A stretch of DNA of 64,000 nt from the human T2T-CHM13v2.0 reference genome, Homo sapiens. Below, piece after piece: positions 14,801 through 29,170 of the stretch. The stretch lies in assembly GCF_009914755.1 (NCBI RefSeq), contig NC_060937.1; one strand, 5' to 3'. Under the pieces are notes generated by a model, which was not told the origin of the DNA, did no database searches, and saw nothing but the letters and a program-made list of their open reading frames with translations. Within the stretch, counting starts at the first letter, position 1, and each line of letters opens with the position of its first letter. The translations under genes were made by a program, and so were the position numbers.

Positions 14801-15135
14801 TGATTTTCTTTCTGGTTGATCTAGCCATTGTTGAAAGTAGAGTATTGAAGTCCTCTACTCTTTGCAATACTATTGTATTGCAGTCCATTTCTGGCTTGTA
14901 TCTATTAATATGTACCTTTTTATCTAGGTGTGTCAATGTTGGGTGCATACATATTTGCAATTCTTATGCAACATTTTAAAACTGATCCTTTTGTCATTAT
15001 GTAATGCCCTTCTTTGTCTCTTTTTACAGTTTTGACATAAAGTCTATTTCATCTAAGTACCACCTCTATACTCTTTTGGTTTCCATTTGCATGGAATGAA
15101 TATCCTTTTCTACCCCTTCACTTTCAGTTTTTATA
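11830..15135 (-). mobile_element. Old L1 (L1MA-type) 3' UTR plus degraded ORF2, 5'-truncated, with internal deletions and insertions
   Basis: L1MA 3' UTR text (aaatcaagctaattaa...aatctactctc...ttattaactatagtcac); minus-strand ORFs 12468-12704, 12814-13041 and 14769-14960 are ORF2 remnants (e.g. EDFNTLLSTMARSTRKKINKET). Confidence 0.92.
12311..12355. repeat. (TG)n microsatellite
   Basis: Read directly. Confidence 0.95.
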
Positions 15136-15139
15136 TGAC

Positions 15140-15780
15140 CATAGAAGGCATGACCCACCCCCGCCACAGAGCATTCCTAGGGGATCTGGGTCTGGGCTAA
15201 GCTCCCACGGCATTGCTGCCTCTGCTGGTCATGGGGCCCCCAGGATCAGTATTACATACAGCATCATGGCAGTCATTGGACCTTCCATGACTTCTGAAGC
15301 CTCTGATGAGTCACCTCAAATTGCCAGAACTCCATGGCCACAGAAAACCACAGAGTACCATTGTGAGCCTCCTGCCTAAAACTTCTCAGGACTTGAAAAC
15401 CAAGGACAACCTCACTCAAGATGGGACAAGGAAAACAGTGCCTCTCAACTTTCTCCATGTCTTGACCACAAAGTCAATAGTCATATTACATGATCCTCGG
15501 AGTAAGGACTAAGCTCTGTAGGCCAGAGTGGATAGCCAGGGCCTCTGGCTACCCTAACCCCTTCCTAATTGACTCAGTAAATAAGAAGGAAAATCTCTTT
15601 CCACACCTGTGATCATTCTTGGTCAATAGTTGAGAAGTTCTACAGTGGAGGAATGCAAGTCTACAACATTGGCCACTGATCCTCTTTCTCTTTAATAAAA
15701 CTTTGCATTATTTGACCTTGGAGACCTAATCTATCTAGAGATGATCAGAGAAGACTCCAGCTGTCAGTTCCCTTCTTGGT
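15140..15780 (+). mobile_element. Probable ancient ERV LTR remnant, family unassigned
   Basis: More GC-rich block ending in AATAAA plus a U5-like tract (aataaaactttgcattatttgaccttgg); AP-1 heptamers at 15307-15313 and 15570-15576. No TSD identified. Confidence 0.4.
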
Positions 15781-16618
15781 CTTGTGTCTGGCTGGTTTCA
15801 GCTATGCATGGGAAGGGTGGTGTAAGAGGTGTGAGGATGGAGAAGGTTTATACTCCCTTCTCTGTTTTCATTTTTAACAACTAAGGAAGAAATAATAGGA
15901 ATTTTCAAAGTCTTCACATTTCAGGAATGTGTAGTCTAACTGTGGGATATTTTGTTCCACTCACATTTTTCCCCTTCTGACTGTTCACATTTATGATTCT
16001 GACTTCGTGAATCAGAAAGGCTGGCTGCTAACATCTAACTCTTTAGCACCTATCTTTTGAGACAGGTAGTACCTCCCACTTTCAAAAATTGGGGCCTGCT
16101 ATTCTCCTTATTCTATTTTCAGCTACTCTCTATGTAATAAGCAGATGAGGCACTTTTTGTTGAAAGATTACCCAAGGAAAATGTCAATAGAAAGCATGGT
16201 AGGTTTTGGTAGAGTCAGTATTAGGATGTGTACTAAACTCTTCAGTGACATTTGTCTGTACAGTGGAAGCACAATATGGATAGTCTGATTTAGAGATGAT
16301 CCAAACTCATTTCATCAGATCAGCAGTAGATGTTTGATGCTGGATATCATCGTTGGGGGGAAGGATTTGTGTGTTTCAATGTTACCTTCAGGTTTTGGTC
16401 TAAGAATAGGAAACCTTTATTCTCTTACTTGGGTGGAGAAGGACTCTAAAAACACCCCCCCCCCCATATTTCCAAATGACATGTAGTTATAATTTCCAAT
16501 AATAAAGTAGTAACTGTTAAGAAAAATTACCCAAAACCTGAAAAGAATGAAAAATATTACTTATACTCCTCCAATTATTTAAGGTGAGCTCCTTGAGCCA
16601 TCTCTAGTTACATGTAAC

Positions 16619-16939
<321 letters not shown>

Positions 16940-18103
16940 CTAGCTACATGTAATTTTTTTTTTTTTTACTTACTATTTCATCACTTTATGGACCATACTA
17001 AGATCTGTAAAGTTAGATTTAATTTACAGAAGATTGATAAGTAGCAAATAATTTTTGCCCCATAGAGTTATAAGTGATATTTGCCTGATTGAGAAAACAA
17101 ACCAAAAAGTTCTTGTTTTATCTGAAAAGTGTCAATCATCTTGTAAATCTGACATTAATATTGCCGTGCTTCTTCTTGTAAGGAGTATAATGCTAATCTC
17201 TGGTATTCACCTTTCAAGCAGCTTGATTGTGCTGTTTATTCCCTCATTAAGAAATTAAGCAAAAAATATTTCACAACTGCTCATTACATATTTTTTAGAG
17301 TCATATTTTTAATTTTTTTTGGAAATTATACTTTGACCTAACACACTGAGAAATAAAAGGTCTCAAGAAAATAGGTTGCTTATGATGGATGGTACTTTTT
17401 TGTTGGGAAGTGTTAGAAACTTGAATTCATTTAACTGCTCCCCAAGTAGGGGAGAAATCATTAAATCATGGGATAATTGAGCAGATGTAATATGCTGCAA
17501 ATGTGGGAACTGAGAGTTGAAGAAGATGTTCCTACAGGATGAATAAAGGGCAAAAACAAAAAAGAAAATGAAAAACAAGAAATGAAATATATACTTTGTA
17601 ACAATAAAGAATGCAATCCATAGTGAATATCGAGTAGTTAGGAATGTGCCAAATAGCAACAATATACATGTAACAATAAATTAAGATTAAAACATCATAG
17701 AAATAAATATAAAAATTGAAGATGAAACATAATAGAAATAGAAAACTGGAAAAAACTATAGGCTTATTATATAATTCCAAGGGCACAGTGGAATTACTGG
17801 ATACATTTGCTTTAAAATCAGGAATAAGACATTACTGTCAATATATGACATGGTCTAAGTTAATGTTTATATTCAGGCACTAATTAATACAATTAGACAC
17901 TCTTACAACTCATCAATTAAAAATTAACCCAGCAGAAGATGGGCATACACACTCTCCAAAGAAGGCTGTACAAATGAGTGATAAGCAAATGAAAAGATGT
18001 TTAACATTGTTAGTCATTAGTGGCATATAAATCAAAACCACACTGAGACAGTGAGATGCCGCTTCACACTGAGTAGGTTGGCTATATTTAAAAAGATAAA
18101 CAA

Positions 18104-18410
18104 GCTGGACATGATAGCTCAGCCTGTAATCCCAGTGCTTTGGGAGGCCAAGATGGGAGGATTGCTTAAGCCTAGGAGGTCAAGACCAGCCTGAGCAACA
18201 TAGCGAGACACCATCTCTACAAAAAAAATAAGGATTAGGTAGGCATGTTGGCACACCTGTGGTCCCAGCTGCTCAGGAAGCTCATGTGTGAGGATCACAT
18301 AAGCCTGGGACATCCAGGCTGCAGTGAGCCATGATCGCGCCACTGCACTCCAGCTTGGGTGACAGAGCAAGGCCCTGTCTCAAAAAAAATAATAAAAACA
18401 AAGATAAATA
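18104..18410 (+). mobile_element. AluJ
   Basis: Sense Alu with J-type ggaggattgctt, gcaacatagcgagac, gctgcagtgagccatgatc. Confidence 0.92.
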
Positions 18411-18799
18411 GTAGCAAAGTGTTTGTGAGGCTGTGGAAAAAACTGAGCATGCAAACATTGCTGGAGGGAATGTAAAATGCTGCAGTCACTTTGGAAAACA
18501 CTTTGGCAGTTCCTCAAAAAGTTAAATTGAGAGCTAGCATTTGACCCAGCTAATTTCATGCCAAGGTATATTCCCAAGATAACATAATATATATATATCC
18601 ACAAAAAAAATACATAGATGATCATCACAGCATATTCCTAATAGTCAAAAACTGGAAACAGTCTAAATGTCTATCAACTGATGAATGGACAAATAAAATG
18701 TTCTATATACATATAATGGAATATTTTTTGGTAATAAAAAGGAACGAAGTACTGTTACATGCCACAATATTATTGGACCTTGATAAATAAACTTAGGCA

Positions 18800-19159
18800 T
18801 ATTAAAATTTTAAAGTATATAGCTGAGCAGACAGGAGTTAATGAATTGGTCAGTGCCAGACCTCAAGCGATTGGGACCTCACAGAAGGTGTGTGAGGGAA
18901 AAGCGTTTATAAGGTATTCACGGAAACAAGACAAAGGCAATATTTGATTGATAAAGGGAGGACATAGTCTTAAAGTTCTAGATAGAGATTCCTTGGCTAT
19001 TTCTGATTGCTTAAGTTTACGTTTTTTGTTTTTGTTTTTTTTTTGTTTTTCCCCTGGGATATGACTGTATACTCTGAGTTGGGTTTCCGTATGTATATGT
19101 CGGAGTCCAGAAAGCTGATGCCACCTCAGTCTAATGGCCTCCTAATTAATTACTTTAAC
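18800..19159 (-). mobile_element. ERV1-class LTR fragment (MER4-group; family uncertain) nested in L1MB
   Basis: Minus strand starts TGTTAAAGTAATTAATTAGGAGGCCATTAGACTGAGGTGGC; L1 consensus resumes at about 19165. Confidence 0.7.
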
Positions 19160-19829
19160 ACGGTTTGTGAAAGAAGTCAGTCCAAAAGACCGCATATTGT
19201 AAGATTCTGTTTATATGAAATGTCCAGGACAGCAAATTCATGGAGATAGAAAGTAGATTAATAGTTGCCAGGGGCTAAGAGGTGCAGGGGACTGGGGAGT
19301 TACTGCTAAGGCAATATGGGTTTTTTTGGAGGGGGTAACAAAAATATTGTAAAATTAGATAATGTTGATGGTTGCACTACTCTGTGAATATAACAAAATT
19401 CACTGAATTGTGGATTTCAAAAGGGCGAATTTTATGTTCTGTGAACTATATAACAATAAAGCTGTTATAAAAAAATTACAATGTATACTTTTGAAAATTG
19501 ACTCATGCAAATAGAAAACCAGTATATGCCAGGAAGTAATTTCTATGTGTGGGTTTGTTCTTTCTGTTGGCATACTCTTTCTGAGGCTTTGGAGACTCAG
19601 AGGAATAATGTGTCATTTAATTTGTTATTCACTATGACATATTAAATATGTTTTTAGAAACATTTTGTCTTTAACACTACAAGGTCCTTCAGATAAAAAA
19701 AAGTTCTCATATATCAAAGGTTTTGTTTGTTTTCCCCACGGATGCTCAACTTTCAGATCCTGAAAAACTATTTTTGTTATTTAAGAAATTTATGAGTCTG
19801 ATACATTTAAGTAAGAGGATAATCTCAAA

Positions 19830-20530
19830 CATTCATTCGAATATTCAAGTAATGTATATTGAGTGTTTACAGTGTCCTAGGCACTGCTAGACATTGGGTA
19901 TTACCAGCTGGGCATGCAGCTACACTGCTGACACTCCAATAGGTTAACTCACTTTTTCATGGCCACTTTAACCTCCCTAGTCTACTCTCTACACAGAAGT
20001 CAGAATGCTATTTTTAAAAGATAAAATATATTATGCTTGAAATCTTCCAATGGTTTTTATTTACCTTAGAATGAAATTTAAAAGCCTTTATACTGACCTT
20101 TAGTACTTTGCACATTCTGGCCTTTACCACCACTTTACCTTTGTCTGGCACCACTCGTAATACTCCCTTGCTCTAGCTATGCTGGAGTTCTCTTGGTTCC
20201 TTTAGCATTCGGTCTTCTCTCATGACTCTTGTTGGTGTTTTGAATGAAATAGGCTCTCCCCTGGCCATCCTCCCAAGCACCTTTATCTAGCTAATGTTAA
20301 TGCTACTCCTCATTTCTGTGTTGCGAATAGATACCACTAACTATGGGAAGCTTTCCTCTGTAGAAATGGTTGGGTAACTTTGTAATGTACTCTGGCAACA
20401 CTGTAACTTCTCTTTTACAGCATTTTGCATGAATGCAATTATTTATTTTCTATATTTTATATTGATTTGCAGATGCCCAAAGGCAAGAGACTGTTGGTTG
20501 TGCTTACCACTGTATCCCTAGAGTTGAAGT
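19830..20530. mobile_element. L2 fragments in both orientations
   Basis: cattcattc...tattgagtg...ctaggcactg 3' end, then L2 body text (aatcttccaatgg...aaagccttta...actgtatcccta). Confidence 0.6.
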
Positions 20531-21740
20531 CTTGATTCATATATGATTCCCCAATGAATATCTGATCATCAACTTAAGAAATCTGGCCTTTATCATGCAT
20601 TGGCTGGACCACAGCAATTGTCTCCAAATTGATCTTTTTGCCTGTAGCTTGGCCTTCTTTGTATCTGTCTGAAAAAATACAAGCCCCATAGCATGGTGTA
20701 AAGTTCCCTTTGTAGCGATACCACCCTTGTCACATATCAATCTCATTCCAAGTCTCCTGACTTGCCCTCCCTTCCTGTCATGTTCCAGGTCTATTAAAGT
20801 ACATGCAGTACTTCAGCCATTCATCTTAACCCCATGTTGTGTTGAACATTCTTCTATGTCCACCTCACCAGTAAAACTGGAAGCTTATACAGATAATTCA
20901 CTAGACTTTGTCATTTGTTTATCCCCAGTGATTGTTAAAGTGTCTGGCAATATTTGTTAAACTGAAATGACCTCAAATGCCACAGCAGAAACTTCTTGAT
21001 TTAATGCATTGAATTAGATTTAATTTCAGGCATTTATAATATTTTATTGAATCTTAAATTACTAACACTTCATATCTTCCATGAGAGCACAGCAAGACAA
21101 CTGTGATAATCTATGATTCTTCTAATGAATGCACAGAATGCTTCCATTTAAACTTTTATGCAGATAAATACTCTGATATTATTAGCGTTGTATCTGCATT
21201 TATCTTAAGTCCTGTCAAAAATCCTGCTTATCAAATTAGGTTATTGGAAATAAGGGCAAGAGAAAAATAATAAATATTAAAACCACATTTTGGTAGAGGT
21301 GTATATAATCTATTCTAAATAGCTCTGGGAGTGTTCCCATGCTACATCTTTCATCTTCCATTTCTTAATTCAGGAATGCAAACATCAGGCATTTGGGCTT
21401 CTCCACTGCATGTACTGTCTGGGTTCTAAGGCAGCCCAAGCTGCCCAGGGCCTGGGGCAGGACTGAGGCTTCACTGACAAACTAGATGCATTTAGACTGT
21501 ACAAGTGTATTTCTCATTTACAGAATCCACGTGGTTCATCTAAAGAAGTTTTTAAAACTGCTTTTTTTGTAGTTCACTCATGTTCATTTAGATGTTAATA
21601 GGTATTCTTTGAAGAAAAAAAAAGTTGCATGATCTTAATTAAGTTCAGGGAAAGCCTACACACAATAGTCATCTCCTAGAGGGAAATGTGGGTGGTTTCC
21701 ACGCAGATCATGTCAAAGGCTCTAAGAAATCCTGCTATTA

Positions 21741-22374
21741 AAAGGAATGCTTTTACACTGTTGGTGGGAGTGTAAATTAGTTCACCATTGTGGAAGACGG
21801 TGTGGCAATTCCTCAAGGATCTAGAACTAGAAATACCATTTGACCCAGCATTCCCATTGCTGGATATATACCCAAAGGATTATACAAATCATGCTACTAT
21901 AAAGACACATGCACATGTATGTTTATTGTGGCACTATTCACAATAGCAAAGACTTGGAACCAACTCAGATGTCCATGAATGATAGACTGGATTAAGAAAA
22001 TGTGGCACATATACACCACGGAATACTATGCAGCTAAAAAAAAGGATGAGTTCATGTCCTTTGCAGGGACATGGATGAAGCTGGAAACCATCATTCTCAG
22101 CAAACTATCACAAGGACAGAAAACCAAACACCTCATGTTCTCACTCATGGTGGGAATTGAACAATGAGAACACTTGGACACAGGGTGGGGAACATCACAC
22201 ACCGGGGCCTGTCAGGGGGTGGGGGACTGGGGGAGGGATAGCATTAGGAGAAATACCTAATGTAAATGATGAGTTAATGGGCACAGCAAACCAACATGGT
22301 ACATGTATACATATGTATCAAACCTGCACGTTGTGCACATGTACCCTAGAAGTTAAAGTATAATACTAATAAAA
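21741..22374 (+). mobile_element. L1PA 3' end (~630 bp, 5'-truncated), sense to GPC5
   Basis: ORF2 C-terminus (WIKKMWHIYTTEYYAA...WMKLETIILSKL), G-rich 3' UTR, AATAAA at 22368; TSD-like aagaaat(cc/at)tgctatt at 21724 and 22375. Confidence 0.95.
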
Positions 22375-23059
22375 AAGAAATATTGCTATTTAAAAATACC
22401 TGTTAACTGTATTAAGTAAAGCATTTCCAGTATATATTTAACCAAGAAGCCCATTTTTGACTGAACAAGTTATGGATTTTCTGCTAAAAACACTTAGAAA
22501 AATGCTACTCTGAGGTACATTTCATTACTTCCCAAAGTGGTCATTTTAATAATTGTGCATTATTTCGGGTTTGGGTCACAGCAAATTTATTTTGGGGGAT
22601 GTTGAAGGGAATGTGGCCTAGTATGTGGCTGGGTAGCTTCAAGTTTATGGCTAGGCCATTGGCAGCTGTGATCATCCTCAGATGGGTCCCCCACATTAAA
22701 GAAGGATTGGTCATGCTGAAATTTCCCAAGGACTCTAAGAACACGGTTCAGAAACTGAATCCCTTTGAAAAATCTATGTGCATTTGATTGAATTAGATTT
22801 TTTGCAGGTGCAGCAATGTGAAAATAGGACTAAACATTATCTTGACCTCCTAAAAGTGGTTTATTTCCAGAGAGATGAGAGTAAACATGTCTCAGACAAA
22901 TATCTTTGTCTGGATGCTATGCTTCTAGTTTTATACCAAGCAACCATTTTATTCAATGATTTATCCATATGCACCGAGAATTATTATATTCACAAGGACC
23001 ATTAAGATGGATTCTCTAGTTAAGAGCATACATCAAAAGCAAAGTTGTTTCCAGTTTAA

Positions 23060-23090
<31 letters not shown>

Positions 23091-23175
23091 ATATATATAT
23101 GTGTGTGTGTGTATTTATATATGTGTGTATATATATGTGTGTATATATATGTGTGTGTGTGTGTATATATATATA
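23060..23175. repeat. Compound (TG)n/(TA)n microsatellite
   Basis: Read directly; about 115 bp of nearly continuous purine-pyrimidine alternation. Confidence 0.95.
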
Positions 23176-23669
23176 ATTTGAATATATTGGTGTTTCTCAC
23201 TAACTTGGGTGAAAGTATGAATCATAAATATTTTTAAAATCCATAATATGTAATATGGATTAGAATGTGATATCTTCGTCATTTGTTGATCAACAAACAA
23301 TATAATCTATGTAATTAAAATGCACATCACAGTCATCAGTGATCTCTGATAGAGTGTCCTTCATTCACATTGGAAAATCCGTAACCCACAACAGAAGATA
23401 ATACAGAAAAGCTTTCCACCCCACGGCCTGGTGTCGTCTGACTTTGCTATTGGCTTTTTCATACACTGATCATCAGCTGAGTAGCCTTAGAACAAAGAGG
23501 TATTAGTAGTATCACAAAACCACTCTTACCCTGTTCAGAGACAATAAAGGACACTCCTGGCCATAGTTTACTAATCCGCCATCTTAGAATTATTAAGCCT
23601 GTTGAAAAAAAAAAGAGATCATGTTAAATGTAAGAGATGGATGAATACAAACAAAAATAAAAAACAAGC

Positions 23670-24002
<333 letters not shown>

Positions 24003-24299
24003 CTACAAGCAAGCAAGATTTTAAAAATGAAGCCACTAAACTTATATTTATGAAAAAATTGAAAGGAGTAAGGAAGTGCCCCCCACCCCCCTTTAAAATA
24101 CTTTCTCGAATGCCTAAATAGTCAGACTTGGCAGGATGATGATAGTAACTGTATCTTCTCTTCATCATTTTCCACCGTTCCTAATATAAAACCGAACGTG
24201 GAAAGCAGTCATGTCTTTTCTCCTTTCCTTTCCCGTCATTTTCTCTACCTCTGATGATTTCAGGCTTTTGGGATATAAAAAGTAGTTTATTCCTAGAGT

Positions 24300-24800
24300 C
24301 ACTTTAGAGACCCTTGTCACATCAGCCTGGTAGAAATTGATTTCTCAGGTTCAGTTACCACCTTGTTTATATGTATCCAAGAAATCTCTGAGCACCAGCT
24401 TTCTACTTGACACTTTCTCTCAGAATGTCACAAAGACTCTTTAAAACCCAGAAATCCAGAACTGAACTCATGGTCTTGTCTCCCGAACCTGGTTACTCTT
24501 TAGTACATCCACTTAGAAACCTAAGAGTCATCCTTGACACTTACTTTACCTCCCACCAAATTTCCAATCCTGATTCCTATTGATTTTATAACCTAAATAT
24601 GTCTCAAATAGGTTTGAGTTGCTCTTTTATGTAGCCAACTATCATATTCTTGCTTGGAGATGATTGCAGGTAGATATGTCCTAGTTAGTCTAATCTCATC
24701 CAGTCTCCCTCTCTCCTCCACTGCCCTATCCCATCCCATTCCATCACCAGAATAACCATTGAATCTCAGAGCCTCAGAATAACCTTTCAAAAACTCAGTG
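24300..24800 (+). mobile_element. L2 fragment
   Basis: ccagaactgaactc...agaaacctaagagtcatccttgac...cctaaatatgtctc resembles L2. Confidence 0.65.
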
Positions 24801-25532
24801 GTAACCTGATTTTCTCAGGGTCTAATTCCTTCCATGGTAGGCTTGATTAATTTCTTTAATATAATCATCAAGACTATTTATCTGCCTTTCAAATTCTCAG
24901 TCCTATTCTCTCACCAACAACTCACCTCCTTCCTTGGTTAGCCTGGAGTTATTTTATAGACTTTAACCCAACAGTCAAATTCTTGGGACTTTATTATATT
25001 AAAATAAAAGCACTAATAGTTTTCAAAGATGCAGAACAAGGTTGTTTATATTTTCGGCAACATTCAGATCACAATACTGGAAAGAAGTAAATATCCAACT
25101 GGGGGATTGTTGAATACATTAGGATACAATCACACACACACACCGTGGAAGATTATGCAAGGTTCATAAGTAATGCATTCAAGCTCTGTCCATTGATATG
25201 AAAAGATTTTGATGTCGTATTATGAGACTGAGAAAGTGAAACAAATCGAAGCACATATAATGCCCTATTTTTGTAAATGATTCCATTTTAAATATACTAT
25301 CTTTATGTTTAGAAATAGATACTATATATAAATGTGTGTAAATGTGCTTATGTGAAAAGTACATGGACATGTGAACATGGAGAAAACAGAAAAGAATGTG
25401 TAATGATTTGCTGTACCTGATTATCTGGGAAGGACAAGCTGTGAGTCGAGATAATAGGGAGGATAGGAGTTAGAGAAGCAAGCAAAATAATAGGAAAAGT
25501 CTATGGCATTAAAAAAAAAAATGAGAACCCAG

Positions 25533-26045
25533 TGATGCAGGACAGGTGAGGCCCCAACTGGGGCTTAGGCTGGGAGGGTTTCTTGCTTTGCCCGGGAAAG
25601 AACTTAAGGGTCAACCCACGGTAGAAGAAAACAGCTTTGTTGAAGCAGCAGTGTTCCAGGTCCGGGGGTGTTACAGCTCAGGCAGTGTTGCAGCTCTGTG
25701 ACTGCTCCTGCAGAGCAGAGCTCCTCCATAGGCAATGTGTTGAGAGTAGCAGCTCAGGGCAGTTCTGTAAGTCGTGTTTATACCTACTTCTAATTACATG
25801 CAGATTAAGGGGTGGTTTATGCAGAAATTTCTAGGAAAAGGGTAGCCATTTCTGGGTCATCTGGTCATGGCTGTGGAAAGAGGCAGCAGCTCCAGGGTGT
25901 TGCCATGGCAATGGTAAACTGACATGGCACACTGTAGGGGTGTCTCACAGAAAGCTGCTTCTGCCCCATCCCTGTTTTAGCTAGTTGTTAATTTGGTCTG
26001 GTGTCTGAACCTGGCCTCCAGAGACAAGTTCTGCCTCTTACTTCA
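25533..26045 (-). mobile_element. Complete solo LTR, ERV1 class (LTR19-like; family from memory)
   Basis: TG...CA termini (tga at 25533, tca at 26045) and 4-bp TSD ccag at 25529-25532 and 26046-26049. Confidence 0.88.
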
Positions 26046-26509
26046 CCAGGATGTATGATATGATCCTGTGTATAAAACATTATATGAGTATGTATATGTG
26101 TGGATATCTACACGTACACATAGATAAATTATAAAACATATTTGTATATATCTACTAATTGCTGGATATATTCTTGAAATACATGACATTTAAGTGACAA
26201 AATCTGTCGTGGAGAAGTATAGAGTATAATTCTAATTTGGTAAAATCAGACAAAAAAGAACAAAATGTAAATACATGTGTTTGTAAATGTGAGGATAAGG
26301 TTATAGAAGGTTGGGTCTTGGCCAGCTTGCTTTCCCTTCTCTGTCAGCATCCACCATTTGGGATTGCTTATGTACCCTTCCAGACATTTAAAATTCATTT
26401 ATATGTATAAATAACTATAACAATAGAAATATGTGGTATTTTAATTTAAATACCACACATGATACCTTATCATTTTCAGTTTTTTGTTCATAAATTATCT
26501 TGAAGTTGT

Positions 26510-26529
26510 TTTTTTTTTTTTTAAGATAG

Positions 26530-26572
<43 letters not shown>

Positions 26573-26839
26573 CACCCAGGCTAGAGTGCAGTGGCTTGAA
26601 CAGGGCTCACTGTAGTTTCTAACTTCTAGGCTCAAGCGATCCTCCCACCTCAGCCTCCTGAATAGCTGGGACTACAGGTGCACAGCACCATGCTCATCTT
26701 GTTTTTAAAAAATACTTTTTGTAGAGACAAGGTCTCACTCTGTATCCCAGGCTAATCTTGAACTCCTGACCTCAAGCGATTCTTCCACCTCAAATTCCAA
26801 AAGTGTTGGGATTACAGGCATGAGCCACCATGCCTGGCC
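26510..26839 (-). mobile_element. AluJ with internal (CT)n(GT)n expansion
   Basis: gggctcaagcgatcctcccacctcagcc J-type text; (CT)n at about 26533-26562. Confidence 0.92.
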
Positions 26840-28279
26840 CATCTTGATTTTTTTTTTTAAAGATTACAAAGTACATAAAAACTATATAACATACTATGGA
26901 TTTTATAGTCGTTGAAGAATGATGGGCATTAGTTTTCAGTTTTTCATTATTCAAAATAAATGATCTATTGAGCATCCTTGTATATGCCTCCTTGTTCTTA
27001 AGTGTAGTTGTTTTTTTAGGTGAGATATGGTTAATGAGAATTACTGCCTGGTAGAAAGTATACACTTACAAACATCATAAAAACAGCCAATACCCCACCT
27101 CCACCTCATTAGAGGATTTACCACTTTACATTCACAGTAACGTGAGAGACTATTGGTTTCTCATACCTTGACAAACAATTGATACTGTGAATATTTAAAT
27201 GTTTTTCTATTTAGTTGGATGAAATTATATTTTCAATTTCAAAGATAAATATTGAGGTTGATCAGCTTTTATGTTTATTGCCATCTGCATTATATCTGTG
27301 ACTTATGTATCCATATCTTGTGTTCATTTATTTTTTATTTGGTTATCTTTTTCTTAGTTTTTCAAATATTCTGCATAATAAGCATTTGTCTATCAAATAT
27401 GTTGAAACTCCAGTCAGCAGTCTGTTTTAACTGCCTTTCTCACTGTGCAATATATGACACATGAATGTGCGTGGAATGTTATAGGTAAGTAGATGTGAGG
27501 AATGACAAAGGCAGAAAAACTTACAAGGTCTCCATGCGATCAGAAGGAAGGCATGATATTATATTTGAGTACTCTAGGAAAGGAGCATTTAAATCGTCTC
27601 CTGCATTGTCATGTGACTATTTCCAACAAATGAGTTATTGAGAACAAAAGTATTAATTCATTTGCGTAAATGGCTATTAGCTTTGTTCTGGGGACTGGGA
27701 GAGGGATTGGTAGTTACTGAGAACAACTGTAAACACGACCAAACAAAATACTTCCTCTGCTCTACTCCACATTGCTACAGGACAAATCCCACCGGGGACG
27801 TGCAAACCAAATGCTGGCAAGGTTGATAAATAAACTCAAGTTGAGAGATCGAGAGCAATTTAATTTCATAGGTGATATTTTAAACACATCTGAAGAAGTG
27901 GAAACAGGCAAGGAGAAAAAAAGAAAAGTAGAGACTGAAAAGTACAGGGTGACTCCGGAGACTGTAACACAATTTAGCTGAAGTGTAGGATACTCAAAGT
28001 GGAGTGCTGGGAAATTTCCAGCTTCAGCTGTAAATTCACATGAAATAATTTGGTTTGTCCTCATTAGGAGATGGGAAGAACCACCAAAGGCTTTGGTTCA
28101 GAGCAGTTTGATCAGAACTGTGCTTTAGGAAGATTAATTGGGGGACCTGGAGGGAAGGATTAGAGCTGAGAGAGTGTTGGAGAGAAAGTCGGCAAGGTAG
28201 CCCTTCCATCTATCTGAGAAGAGCTAGGGAAAGCTCACTCTTGAGTGAAGGAAATTCCAGTGCAGGAGCGGGGAAGTGA

Positions 28280-28615
<336 letters not shown>

Positions 28616-28861
28616 TGCTTGCACATTTTAAACCCCTAGCTGGTGCTGTTTCTAGAGCATCTTCATACATTTTCAGCTTTGGAAGAGTAGAGAAAATATG
28701 GTCATATCGATTTCTTCTCCATTTTGCTTTTATCTAGTTATTATTTTTAAAAAATTGCTTTTTCAATGTAGGATTCTTACACCCACTGATAAATGAAATG
28801 GTCAAATTTTGATTTTACATGTCTAGAGATATTACTTAGCCTCCCACTTTCCCCTAATCTT

Positions 28862-29170
<309 letters not shown>

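Larger units (their letters stand above)
17895..19475 (+). mobile_element. L1MB-type 3' end, interrupted by an AluJ and an LTR fragment
   Basis: ORF2 end (aaatcaaaaccaca..., ggcagttcctcaaaaagttaaa) and L1MB 3' UTR (atgaaatgtccagg...gaaagtagatta...aataaagctgtt). Confidence 0.88.
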
